Source: Actinomycetota bacterium (GTDB lineage: Bacteria > Actinomycetota > Acidimicrobiia > Acidimicrobiales > Ilumatobacteraceae). From it: DNA of 52,538 bases. The position numbers were made by a program, and so were the translations under genes. Numbering within the stretch: position 1 is the stretch's first letter; every line of letters starts with the position of its first letter. The notes below the pieces were generated by a model. That model worked only from the letters and a program-made list of their open reading frames with translations, ran no database searches and was not told where the DNA came from. Of this stretch, positions 36,820-45,870 are shown piece after piece. The stretch spans positions 1-52,538 of the forward strand of contig SXPV01000071.1 in NCBI GenBank assembly GCA_005793215.1, given 5' to 3'.

Positions 36820-38781
36820 TCAGGTGGTCCTATTCATGCGACGAATGTTGATGTACATGATGGGCAGCACCGAGACAAAGATGAGAACGGCGAGCGCAGC
36901 GCCGAGGCCAATATCCAAGTTGTAGAAGGCTTCTCGGTACATGTTGTTGGAAAGCACTTCGGTGCCGAAATTGCCGTTGGTCATCACCTTGACGATGTCG
37001 AACACCTTCATCACCAACACCATGATGGTGGTGGCAACCACGCCGATGGTGGGGCCGATTTGCGGCATGGTGACGCGCCAGAAAATCTGTTGAGTATCGG
37101 CACCGTCGATTGCCGCTGCCTCCGTAAGTTCGCGCGGCACCGCCCGAATAGCGGCGGAGAAGATGACCATGGCAAAGCCCGTTTCGGTCCATACGAGTAC
37201 GAGCATGAGCCAGAAGTTGTTGAACGGCGGTTCCTGCAAGAAGTTGATGGGGTCGGCAATAATTTCGCCGGACTTTCCGACCCGTTGGCCACCCAGTCCC
37301 GTGCCGACCAACTGCCAATATCGCAGTGAGAACCACACTCCGCCGCTCACGATCACTGCGGGGAGTGCGACTTTTGTCCACTGACGACGAACAATCGAGC
37401 GAGTCGCAGCGAGCAGAGCCAAGACCGTCGGTACCAGCACGAGAACACCTAGGAACAATCTGGCGAGGCCATCCCCGGTGCTCAGGCTGCCAAGGCCGAC
37501 CCACAGCGCGTTGAGCGTTCCGGATTGAGGTTTGGATGCATCACGCGAAATGTAGACGAGACGGAAAATGACGGATGCGCCAACCATCGAGACGGCGAGC
37601 GGCATGAAGATGATTGCTTTGGCGGTGCGCTCGAAGCGCACTCCGTCGGCCAATACTGCGATGAGTAGGCCGAGTCCGGTCGAGAGTGCCGTAACGACGA
37701 AGACCCACCACAAATTGTTGACCAGCGTCCCGCGCAACGTGGAAAACACGGCAAATCCGGCGAACGTTATGGCAAGAACAAGTGGCGGAGCGCTTGCGCT
37801 ACCGAACTCCACGAAGTGCCCCGAACGACGGCGATTGCGAATGGCCAGTAAGACGAATAGGAAAAAGCACGCTCCGGCCACCATCGTGAGGCGACTCGTC
37901 CATAGTGATCCGATACGTGACATGTCCCAAGCTTTTGGATCGCGAAAGATCGAGATGTAGTTGTCGATTCCAACGAATGTCTTCGCTTTCCGATCGAGCA
38001 GTGACAAGTAGATGGTTCTTAGTGATGGAATCACCAATGCGATGGCAACGAACCCAAGCGCAGGAGCCAGGAACACTGCGGCGCGTGCGCGACGCTCGGT
38101 GGCGACGCGGCGCTCACTACTGACTGGTGACACCAAAGCCCAACGCGTGCCGATGAGAGAGCCAATGACGGCACACAATGCAATGCCCGAATATCTCGAC
38201 GTCGATCCGAGATCGCCGAACCCCCAGGCACCGAGCACCAGACCCGCACTGGTGCCCAATAGCGCGAGACGAACCACCACGAGGTTGCGTATCGATTGGT
38301 GTATTGCTGCCCCGATTGCGGCGAAGAGTAAGGAGGAAATCGCGGCACTCAGTGCCAGTTCATCAATTATCGGCTTGGGCTGAGCAGCATCCACGAGGAG
38401 TGCTCCGAGTAGTCCTCCAACTGTTCCGATGAACAGCACGTTGACGATCACTCGTTGCGCAAGTCGACTCTGCTGCTCAGCCACCCAGCTAGAAATGCCG
38501 ACGGCGAATGCGGTAGCAGTCGGCAGCCACACCCACTGGGCAAAGGATTGGACAAAGGAGTCACCGGATGCCGCGGTGGAGTACTGCGTGAGGCGGTTAC
38601 CGCTCAAGAGCCCTGCCACGAGAAAACCCGCAAGGGCGCGAGCGAAGTAGGTGGCACGAGACGAGGTGTCTCGCAGGCGATTGACGAATTGATTGGCGAG
38701 CACCCACAGTGCGCCACTTAGGCCTACGGCGATTGCCACGGTGATGAAGGTGGAGAGAATTTGTTCGATGAAGTCCCTCAT
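36820..38781 (-). CDS. Carbohydrate ABC importer permease (MalF-type) with an extra N-terminal multi-TM extension of about 225 aa
   Basis: 653 aa. The canonical permease core starts near RARAAVFLAPALGFVAIALVIPSLRTIYLSL, with EAA loop EAAAIDGADTQQIFWRVTMPQ. The preceding region has about 7 hydrophobic segments and no motif I recognise. Confidence 0.8.
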   Translation of the reverse strand: MRDFIEQILSTFITVAIAVGLSGALWVLANQFVNRLRDTSSRATYFARALAGFLVAGLLSGNRLTQYSTAASGDSFVQSFAQWVWLPTATAFAVGISSWVAEQQSRLAQRVIVNVLFIGTVGGLLGALLVDAAQPKPIIDELALSAAISSLLFAAIGAAIHQSIRNLVVVRLALLGTSAGLVLGAWGFGDLGSTSRYSGIALCAVIGSLIGTRWALVSPVSSERRVATERRARAAVFLAPALGFVAIALVIPSLRTIYLSLLDRKAKTFVGIDNYISIFRDPKAWDMSRIGSLWTSRLTMVAGACFFLFVLLAIRNRRRSGHFVEFGSASAPPLVLAITFAGFAVFSTLRGTLVNNLWWVFVVTALSTGLGLLIAVLADGVRFERTAKAIIFMPLAVSMVGASVIFRLVYISRDASKPQSGTLNALWVGLGSLSTGDGLARLFLGVLVLVPTVLALLAATRSIVRRQWTKVALPAVIVSGGVWFSLRYWQLVGTGLGGQRVGKSGEIIADPINFLQEPPFNNFWLMLVLVWTETGFAMVIFSAAIRAVPRELTEAAAIDGADTQQIFWRVTMPQIGPTIGVVATTIMVLVMKVFDIVKVMTNGNFGTEVLSNNMYREAFYNLDIGLGAALAVLIFVSVLPIMYINIRRMNRTT

Positions 38782-38823
38782 GTCAACTTTCCATCACGCG
38801 AGTGAAGCCCTCCATTGTGGTTC

Positions 38824-38853
38824 GGGGCACCGACACTTGCGTGCCGGTGCCCC
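38824..38853. promoter_or_regulatory. Perfect 9-bp-stem hairpin (ggggcaccg, 12-nt loop, cggtgcccc) between the binding-protein and permease genes
   Basis: Read directly from the sequence. No U-tract follows it on the transcribed (minus) strand, so it is more likely an mRNA-stability or processing element than a terminator. Confidence 0.4.
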
Positions 38854-38874
38854 GATACCTATTACGTATTTCTT

Positions 38875-38892
38875 CGTAGTCCGGAGACTACG
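38875..38892. promoter_or_regulatory. Perfect 7-bp-stem hairpin (cgtagtc cgga gactacg) just downstream of the binding-protein stop codon
   Basis: Read directly from the sequence. It lies in the same intercistronic gap as the 38824 hairpin. Confidence 0.4.
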
Positions 38893-38904
38893 TCGTTATG
38901 TTCC

Positions 38905-40245
38905 TCAGCCGGGCCAGGACGCTTCAATTGCGTCCGCAGCTTCTTGAGCGGTGAGATCACCGTTCACTGCCGAGGTTCCGTCCGTCCAGAACGTTCCTGC
39001 ACCGACATCGGCCGGCATGAGGTCTGAAGCGTCGAATCGCACGATCGCAGCAGTCTCAAGGATCTTGAGGAACGACTGTTCGAGTGGGGTGTACACCGAC
39101 GGATCCTGACCGATAGCCGCCGAGAGGAATCCCGACAACGCACCGTTGCCGCCCTTGCGGGTGGCTTGGGCCTTCTGGCGCTCCATTGCGTACTGAGCCG
39201 AACCCAGGTACGACATGAGCTTCATCACGTTTGGATCGTCGTTGAACGCAGCGGCCAACACACCAGCACCAAGCACGGGCTTGTCACCGTTGATGTCGGG
39301 GAAGTAGAACACGTTCACTTCGCCCGGGCCGTCACCAAACACGGTGCCAGCAGGAATGAAGGCGGAGTAGAACGAGGCCTGGCGGTGCATGTAGCAATCG
39401 CCATCCACGAGTGGTTGTCCGTTGTCCTGGAACGCAGTGGCCGCGATGGTGCCGCCGGAGGCGTACACATTGTCTTCGGTCCACAGGTCGAGCACTGACT
39501 GCATCGACTCCACGATTCGTGGGTCGTTGAATGGGATTTCGTGTGTGACCCACTGGTCATACACCTCAGCGCCGTGCTGACGCAGCACCATCTCCTCCAC
39601 CCAGTCGGTGTAGGTCCAGCCAGTTGCAGTACCGGACTCGATGCCGACGCACAGCGGCTTTGGTCCGCCGTCGGCAGCCATCTTGTCGACCAATGCGGTG
39701 AACTCACCGAAGGTGGTCGGTACTTCGTAGCCAGCTTCAGCAAATCGCGATGGCTGGTACCAGACAAGGGACTTGAGGTCACTCTTCATTGGTACGCCAT
39801 ACTGCTGACCATCGACCAATCCGAACTGCTTCCATGCATCCGACCACTCGATCGAAGCATTCACTTCGTCGGTGAGCGGGACGAGGTAGCCAGCGCGCGC
39901 GAAGTCGGCCAGTTTGCCTGGTTGCGGAAAGATGGAGATGTCAGGCGCGTTGCCGGCCTGCACCTGTGTATTGATGTTGGATTCCCAGTCGGCATCACCC
40001 AGGTAGGTGACGGTTACGCCATTGGCGTCGCCCCACACATTGAGTGCGTCCTGAAGGGCGCCAGCTTCTTCGTCGGAGCGCTCTGGACCGGTGACGGTGA
40101 TTTCCGTCTTGCCGGCGGGAGCCTCTTCTACTGCTTCTTCCTCGGTGGCTTCGGTGTCCGCTGCCTCATCGCTGCTTCCACCGCATGCGGTGGCTACGAG
40201 CGCGAGAGCAAACAGTGCACCGAACGCTCTACGTGAACGTTTCAT
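38905..40245 (-). CDS. Carbohydrate ABC importer substrate-binding lipoprotein (solute-binding family 1)
   Basis: MKRSRRAFGALFALALVATACGG lipoprotein signal from ATG 40245, acidic linker, then a typical sugar-binding-protein body. The track maximum is 40296. Confidence 0.85.
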   Translation of the reverse strand: MKRSRRAFGALFALALVATACGGSSDEAADTEATEEEAVEEAPAGKTEITVTGPERSDEEAGALQDALNVWGDANGVTVTYLGDADWESNINTQVQAGNAPDISIFPQPGKLADFARAGYLVPLTDEVNASIEWSDAWKQFGLVDGQQYGVPMKSDLKSLVWYQPSRFAEAGYEVPTTFGEFTALVDKMAADGGPKPLCVGIESGTATGWTYTDWVEEMVLRQHGAEVYDQWVTHEIPFNDPRIVESMQSVLDLWTEDNVYASGGTIAATAFQDNGQPLVDGDCYMHRQASFYSAFIPAGTVFGDGPGEVNVFYFPDINGDKPVLGAGVLAAAFNDDPNVMKLMSYLGSAQYAMERQKAQATRKGGNGALSGFLSAAIGQDPSVYTPLEQSFLKILETAAIVRFDASDLMPADVGAGTFWTDGTSAVNGDLTAQEAADAIEASWPG

Positions 40246-40330
40246 GTTTCCCCTTTGGTAGTTGGTTAGGTACACCCACGGTGATGGGTACGTCACAACC
40301 AGATGGCAGGTTCGGTGGCTGACGCGCTCT

Positions 40331-42157
40331 TTAGGTTAGGGGTTGCTCAACCGCACGAACAAGCCAAACAGCCGAGTTCTCGGCCAGGGTTCCCGGGCTC
40401 CTCGGTGCTTGGGATGGCGTGGTTGTTGGAGTTTTTTGGACCAAGGTGCTGGCATCGGGGGCAGGCACGGCGGCGCTGATTGAGGAGAATGCTCCTGGGC
40501 GTGAGGCGAGCACCATCGAGTAACCCTGCATGGGGCTGTCCGTTGGCCCGAATGACGTCGGAAGCTCGGTGGCTCGTGAACCGAAGTTCACGACAGCGAG
40601 CGTGGACCCGCGATGGAGGAACAACACGTCGTGGTGTCGCGAGATTTCCATGTGATCGCCCGCCGCCACGAAAAGCGAACGAAGTCGAAGTGCTGCACGA
40701 TACAAGTTCAACATGGAGTTGGGATCCTGGTCTTGGTGATTGACGGCATAGTTGCCCCACTCAGGGGGCTGGGGCAGCCAAGATGGAACATCGTTGTTAC
40801 CGAAACCAAATGAATTGATGGGAGATTGAGTCCACGGCATTGGCACACGACAGCCGTCCCGACCAAGTTGTTGGCCACCCGAGCGACGGAACAGTGGATC
40901 TTGCCGGCGATCATTCGGAAGATCAAGGACTTCCGGAAGTCCGAGTTCCTCCCCCATGTAGAGGTACGTACAGCCGGGGAGTGCGAGCATCATCATGAGT
41001 GCAGCACGCGCACGGTCTTCTCCAAGTTGCAAGTCGATGGGTGCCGATGAATTGAGAAGATTGTTTCCGCTGTAGAACTCGTGAGCGTCGACACGTCCAA
41101 AGCGTGTAACCACCCGATGCGTGTCGTGGTTGTTGAGAGTCCACGTGTACGACTGTCCCGCGCGACGCAACGTGTCGTAATTGGAGCGAATGGCATGTTC
41201 CATGGCTGACGCGTTCCATGGCTCGAGAAGCAAGTCGAATGTGAACGATTGGTGGAAGGAGTCGTTCCCGACGTATCGCAACAAGTTCCCTGGTGTGCGC
41301 GGCGTGTATGCCTCGGACACCGACACCAAGACACGCGAGTGCTCACGCTGATAGTCATCGAAGACTTTTCGCCATTGGGTCACGATGGGAAACAGCGATG
41401 GGTGGTTGATGGTATGCGTATTGAAACGCCACGTGTCGTCCGGTGGCGTGCCGTTGGGTGCGGGAGTGGCATCGGGGAGTCCTGGCTCTTTCCCCATGAC
41501 GATGATGGCGTCGACCCGGAAACCATCGACACCACGATCGAACCAGAAACGAAACATGTCTTGAAAGTGGGCAACCACGTCGGGATGATTGGCGCGAAGG
41601 TCGGGCTGATGCGAGTCGAACGTGTGGAGGTACCACTGTCCCGGGGATCCGTCCGGCTCGCTGATGCGCGTCCACGCGCTGCCACAAAAGACGGATTTCC
41701 AGTCGTTTGGAGGCTCGCTTCCGTCGTCGCCTTTGCCATCAGCAAAGTAGAAACGCTCGCGCGCAGCACTTCCCGGCCCTGCGGCCAATGCCTCCCTGAA
41801 CCACGCGTGTTCGCTGCTGCAATGGTTGGGAACGACATCCATCATCACTCGAATTCCTCGTGAATTCGCCTGCTTCACGAACTCGTTGAAGACCGCCAGT
41901 GACCCGTAAGCAGGTTCGATGTCGAAGTAGTTCGACACGTCGTAGCCGTGGTCGTGCTGTGGCGATGGATAACACGGATTGAGCCAGACACCGTCGACAC
42001 CGAGTTGCTCGAGATAGTCGAGGCGGTCGAGGATTCCTTGCAAGTCTCCCGCACCGTCACCGTTGCTGTCAGAAAACGAGCGAATGTACAACTGATAAAT
42101 GACGGCATTTCGCCACCATTCGTTACCTGGTGTGGTGTCGTCTACAACCCCGCGCAT
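40331..42157 (-). CDS. GH13 alpha-glucosidase / oligo-1,6-glucosidase family enzyme
   Basis: WWRNAVIYQLYIRSFSDSNGDGAGDLQGILDRLDYLEQLGVDGVWLNPCY, VMMDVVPNHCS, GFRVDA, MGEELG, NHDTHR are GH13 conserved regions I-IV. Confidence 0.9.
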   Translation of the reverse strand: MRGVVDDTTPGNEWWRNAVIYQLYIRSFSDSNGDGAGDLQGILDRLDYLEQLGVDGVWLNPCYPSPQHDHGYDVSNYFDIEPAYGSLAVFNEFVKQANSRGIRVMMDVVPNHCSSEHAWFREALAAGPGSAARERFYFADGKGDDGSEPPNDWKSVFCGSAWTRISEPDGSPGQWYLHTFDSHQPDLRANHPDVVAHFQDMFRFWFDRGVDGFRVDAIIVMGKEPGLPDATPAPNGTPPDDTWRFNTHTINHPSLFPIVTQWRKVFDDYQREHSRVLVSVSEAYTPRTPGNLLRYVGNDSFHQSFTFDLLLEPWNASAMEHAIRSNYDTLRRAGQSYTWTLNNHDTHRVVTRFGRVDAHEFYSGNNLLNSSAPIDLQLGEDRARAALMMMLALPGCTYLYMGEELGLPEVLDLPNDRRQDPLFRRSGGQQLGRDGCRVPMPWTQSPINSFGFGNNDVPSWLPQPPEWGNYAVNHQDQDPNSMLNLYRAALRLRSLFVAAGDHMEISRHHDVLFLHRGSTLAVVNFGSRATELPTSFGPTDSPMQGYSMVLASRPGAFSSISAAVPAPDASTLVQKTPTTTPSQAPRSPGTLAENSAVWLVRAVEQPLT

Positions 42158-43710
42158 GACCCGACGATGCTACGACTATCGGCGCCGCCGGCCAACGCCC
42201 CGTCGTCGCGTACGACGATGCAATGCGCATGGCCAAAGCCCGAATCAAATCTCGGACGACGTTCGACCGCATGACCGCGATCGGCCAGCCCAGCCGCCCA
42301 CGTGTCGGGTGCATGTCCTTCCACTTGCACGGTGGGTGGGCGACCCGAAGTCCACGAGTCGAATCCTGTGATCGGTCCGCGTAGAGCGAAACGCCCGGCG
42401 TCGACTACTTGCCACGGAAACTGGGACTGTTGGTGGCGCAACAATCGCGTGATGACTTGCAACATGATTTGAGGCTGAGCGTCGCCCCCCATGGTGCCGA
42501 GCACCGAATGCAACGACCCGTCGGAACGCGTGATGAGCGCGGGGCACAGGGTGTGCGGGGGTTTGCGTCCCGGAGCAACTTCTGCGGGATGCCCCGGCGT
42601 GAGGTTGAAGCCAAGACCACGATTGTGCAGATTGATTCCGGTGTTGGGTTCGACCATCAGCGAGCCGAATCCCGACGCATTGGAATTGATGAGCGACACA
42701 CCCATGCCGTTGCGATCTGCAGTACATAAATACGTCGTATCGCCGTCGTTGCCCGGGGTTGGTCGAACGGATGCCAGCGATGGATCCACCAGGGCGACAC
42801 GGTCAATCAGCTCGGGAAGCAATGCTGCAAGATCTGCACGATCATGCAGCATTGCTGGACGGTCATGGCTTACTGCGGTGGTGGCTTCGATGAGGAGATG
42901 CGCCCACTGCGGATCGTCGGGATCGTCGGGAAGATCCAACACTTCGCTGGCTCCAAGTGCGGCAAGAAATAGATATCCCTGCGACGGTGCGGCGATCGAC
43001 CACACTCGATGACCGTAAACCGACAGAGAAAGAGGAGTCACCCAGTCCGCGTTCGCAGATTCCAGGTCGCTGCGCGAATACACGCCGTTGCCGAGAGCCA
43101 GCAGGCCCTCGCCAAACTCGCCGAGGTAGAACGCCGCCGTGCCGCCCGTCGCAATCGCGCGCAAGGTTCGACCGACTCCTTCACGACGCACGCTGACACC
43201 AGCACTCGTTGCCTGCTGCTTGAGGTGAGAAAAGTTCTGGGCAAATTGTTGCTTCATCAACGACAGTGACCCAACGAGAAGCGGTGAGGCAGCAAACCCC
43301 TCTTCGGCGAGACGAATTGCCGGCGCAAACACCGTGGCGAGGGGGAGCGTGCCGAATCGTTCGTGTAGCGCCACCAATCCAGCCACTGCGCCGGGCACCG
43401 TCGCAGTGCGTAGGTCGCCGTGAAACGGCATCTCGCGGTGTCCCTCGCTTCGGAGTTGTGCTGCGCTGACGCCCGAACCTGCCCGGCCTGCAGCATCGAG
43501 TGCATGCACCTTGCCATTCACATGTACGAGTGCGAAGAGATCGCCGCCGAGTCCACACAAATGTGGTGCAACAACGGCCATAGCTGCGCACGTGGCAATC
43601 GCGGCGTCGGCTGCGTTTCCGCCGAGTGCAAGAACATGTGCACCCGCTTGGGTTGCGGCACCATCGGCGCTGGCCACCATGCCGAAGCGTGAGTGAGCGC
43701 CAGAAGTCAT
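42142..43710 (-). CDS. Gamma-glutamyltransferase family protein, no signal peptide
   Basis: 522 aa. GGNAADAAIA, GLGGD, autoprocessing-site context GDTTYLCTADRNG, TMGGDAQPQ. Confidence 0.85.
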   Translation of the reverse strand: MTSGAHSRFGMVASADGAATQAGAHVLALGGNAADAAIATCAAMAVVAPHLCGLGGDLFALVHVNGKVHALDAAGRAGSGVSAAQLRSEGHREMPFHGDLRTATVPGAVAGLVALHERFGTLPLATVFAPAIRLAEEGFAASPLLVGSLSLMKQQFAQNFSHLKQQATSAGVSVRREGVGRTLRAIATGGTAAFYLGEFGEGLLALGNGVYSRSDLESANADWVTPLSLSVYGHRVWSIAAPSQGYLFLAALGASEVLDLPDDPDDPQWAHLLIEATTAVSHDRPAMLHDRADLAALLPELIDRVALVDPSLASVRPTPGNDGDTTYLCTADRNGMGVSLINSNASGFGSLMVEPNTGINLHNRGLGFNLTPGHPAEVAPGRKPPHTLCPALITRSDGSLHSVLGTMGGDAQPQIMLQVITRLLRHQQSQFPWQVVDAGRFALRGPITGFDSWTSGRPPTVQVEGHAPDTWAAGLADRGHAVERRPRFDSGFGHAHCIVVRDDGALAGGADSRSIVGSCAGL

Positions 43711-43755
43711 TGCAAGCGGCCAGCAGGCGTCATGGTGTGAGAGTAGCCGTAGATG

Positions 43756-44742
43756 TCATGCGATTTCGTCGACTGCGTATCGCACACCGAGTTGACGCCT
43801 GATGTCGTCCATGCTTTGAGCGTAGGCAAGTGTTTCGGAGTGCGTCAGACGCGGGCTTTCGATGAAGCCGTTGTCGATGCATCGATGAACTTCGTGTACT
43901 TGATGGCGAAGTCCCTGGCCTACTTCGTCGTGCCGGTGGTAACGCTCGGCTTCGCCATGAAGCTGCACGCGAAATCCTGGGGGATTGTGCATACGCGACT
44001 CCACATGAATGACTCCACGTTCACCCGTGATGGTGGCGGTGCAGGGGGTGGCGTGCTTGGTGGTACTGCGCAGTGTTGCCGTTGCACCGGACCTGTAGGT
44101 GAGTGTGTAGGTGGCATCGACGTCGACCCCCTGATCGTTCAACTCGCCGTGGGCGACAACGGAGTCGTGGCCGCCGAGCACGAACCGCGCAAAATGTAGA
44201 CAATAGATACCGAGGTCGAGCAACGCGCCACCGCCGAGTGCCGGGTCGTTGAGACGATGTGCGCGCTGGGTAGGCGCGACGAAGCCGAAGTCGGCGGCAA
44301 CATGCGAGATTCGTCCGAGTGGCTGCGTTGCCAGGACTTCACCGAGTGCAACGTAGACGGGAAGGAAGCGACTCCAGATTGCCTCCATGATGAACCGCCG
44401 TTCGGATTGGGCCGTGGCAATCATCGCTGCCGCTTGGACGGCATTCAGCGCGAAGGGTTTTTCACACAGCACATGCTTGCTGGCATGCAAGAACATCTCC
44501 GAGTCGCTTCGGTGTCGCGAGTTTGGTGTAGCGACATACACGATGTCCACGTTCGGGTCCGAGGCCAGCGCTTCGTAACTGGAATGGGCGGTCGGGATGT
44601 TTCGATGTGTCGCGAACTTCTGGGCGGTGTCGGCACTACGCGAGCAGACTGCAACAACCTCGGCGTCGGGCAGTTGTCGAAGCCCGTCGACAAAGTCGCT
44701 CGCAATGCGACCTGTTCCAGCGATACCCCAGCGATAGGTCAT
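43756..44742 (-). CDS. Gfo/Idh/MocA family NAD(P)-dependent oxidoreductase
   Basis: From ATG 44742: MTYRWGIAGTGRIASDF Rossmann start, VLCEKPFAL motif. The track maximum is 44898. Confidence 0.85.
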   Translation of the reverse strand: MTYRWGIAGTGRIASDFVDGLRQLPDAEVVAVCSRSADTAQKFATHRNIPTAHSSYEALASDPNVDIVYVATPNSRHRSDSEMFLHASKHVLCEKPFALNAVQAAAMIATAQSERRFIMEAIWSRFLPVYVALGEVLATQPLGRISHVAADFGFVAPTQRAHRLNDPALGGGALLDLGIYCLHFARFVLGGHDSVVAHGELNDQGVDVDATYTLTYRSGATATLRSTTKHATPCTATITGERGVIHVESRMHNPPGFRVQLHGEAERYHRHDEVGQGLRHQVHEVHRCIDNGFIESPRLTHSETLAYAQSMDDIRRQLGVRYAVDEIA

Positions 44743-44761
44743 ACCCCTAGCCTTGCCGAAC

Positions 44762-45856
44762 ATGTCGTCTGGTCCACAAGCTGACGGACGTTCCGAGCGC
44801 GTGCCGGAAAGTCGGCGCAAGCGCATGGTCGAACTTGCACGATTCTTCGCCTGGCTCGGCATCGTCGGCGTCGGTGGACCAGCTGCGCATATCGCCATGA
44901 TGCGTCGTCGCGTGGTGGATCAACGCGCCTGGGTAAGTGACGATGAATTCACGCGGATGGTGGGGGCATGTGCTTTGGTGCCCGGCCCGAATTCCACCGA
45001 GATGGCCATGTCGTTGGGTGCGCGCCGTGCTGGATGGCGTGGATTGATGGTGGGAGGCATCGCTTTCATCGCACCGGCATTCATCATCGTGTGTGCACTT
45101 TCGTTTCTCTACGAAGACCTCCTCACGAGCGACCTCATTGCAGACATGCGCCGTTGGATAGTGCCGATCGTCGTAGCAATCGTGCTTCATGCACTGTGGT
45201 CCTTGCGCTCCACCGCAGTTCGAGATGTTCGCGACGCGACAATCGTGGTTGCAACACTCGTTGGTGCGGCGCTCGGACTTCCCGAGTTGCTGGTGTTGTT
45301 ACTTGTCGGAATCGCCTCCGTGATGTTGCGCGTGCCATCGCGTGGAGTTGGATCGCTGCTGGTGATCCCGGCTACTTCACTCGTCACACCATCACTCATG
45401 AAGCTCTTTTTGGTGTTCCTTCAGATTGGTTCGGTGATCTACGGCAGTGGCTACGTGTTGTTGGTGTTCCTGGACAGTGAGGTGGTTGCGCGTGATTGGA
45501 TCACATCGGAAGTGTTGCTCGATGCCATCTCGGTCGGACAGTTCACGCCAGGGCCGGTATTCACCACGGCGACGTTCGTCGGATGGCACATCAGCGGTGT
45601 GGCTGGCGCACTGGTGGCGACACTCGGCATTTTCGGTCCGTCGTTCGTGTTCGCCGGATTGGTGGATCGCATCGTGGCATTGTCGCAACGATCGACAGCG
45701 TTTGCGGCATTTCTGCGTGGGGTGTCGAGTGGTTCGATCGCCCTGATGGCGGTGGTGTTGTGGCGGTTGGCAAGCGAAGCGTTCGACGATGCCCTCACGG
45801 TTGGCGTTTTTTCGGTGGCTCTGGTGGTGCTGGCGGGAAACTCCCGACGCAAGTAG
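44762..45856 (+). CDS. chrA: Chromate ion transporter (CHR) family protein, two-domain form
   Basis: FFAWLGIVGVGGPAAHIAMM..ALVPGPNSTEMAM, then a second repeat LDAISVGQFTPGPVFTTATFVG. Start options are TTG 44753, ATG 44762 and ATG 44825. Confidence 0.8.
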   Translation: MSSGPQADGRSERVPESRRKRMVELARFFAWLGIVGVGGPAAHIAMMRRRVVDQRAWVSDDEFTRMVGACALVPGPNSTEMAMSLGARRAGWRGLMVGGIAFIAPAFIIVCALSFLYEDLLTSDLIADMRRWIVPIVVAIVLHALWSLRSTAVRDVRDATIVVATLVGAALGLPELLVLLLVGIASVMLRVPSRGVGSLLVIPATSLVTPSLMKLFLVFLQIGSVIYGSGYVLLVFLDSEVVARDWITSEVLLDAISVGQFTPGPVFTTATFVGWHISGVAGALVATLGIFGPSFVFAGLVDRIVALSQRSTAFAAFLRGVSSGSIALMAVVLWRLASEAFDDALTVGVFSVALVVLAGNSRRK

Positions 45857-45870
45857 GTGGATGTGGGGTA

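Noticed and set aside
40258-40350. IdeR/DtxR-like half sites (ttaggttagg at 40333-40342; ttggttaggtacaccca near 40262-40278)
   Set aside because: The first lies in the last codons and stop of the alpha-glucosidase gene (VEQPLT*). The second matches fewer than about 10 of 19 consensus positions and lacks dyad symmetry. A similar weak match at gttggttacctgcaactgc (about 34329-34347) near hmuT was also judged insufficient.
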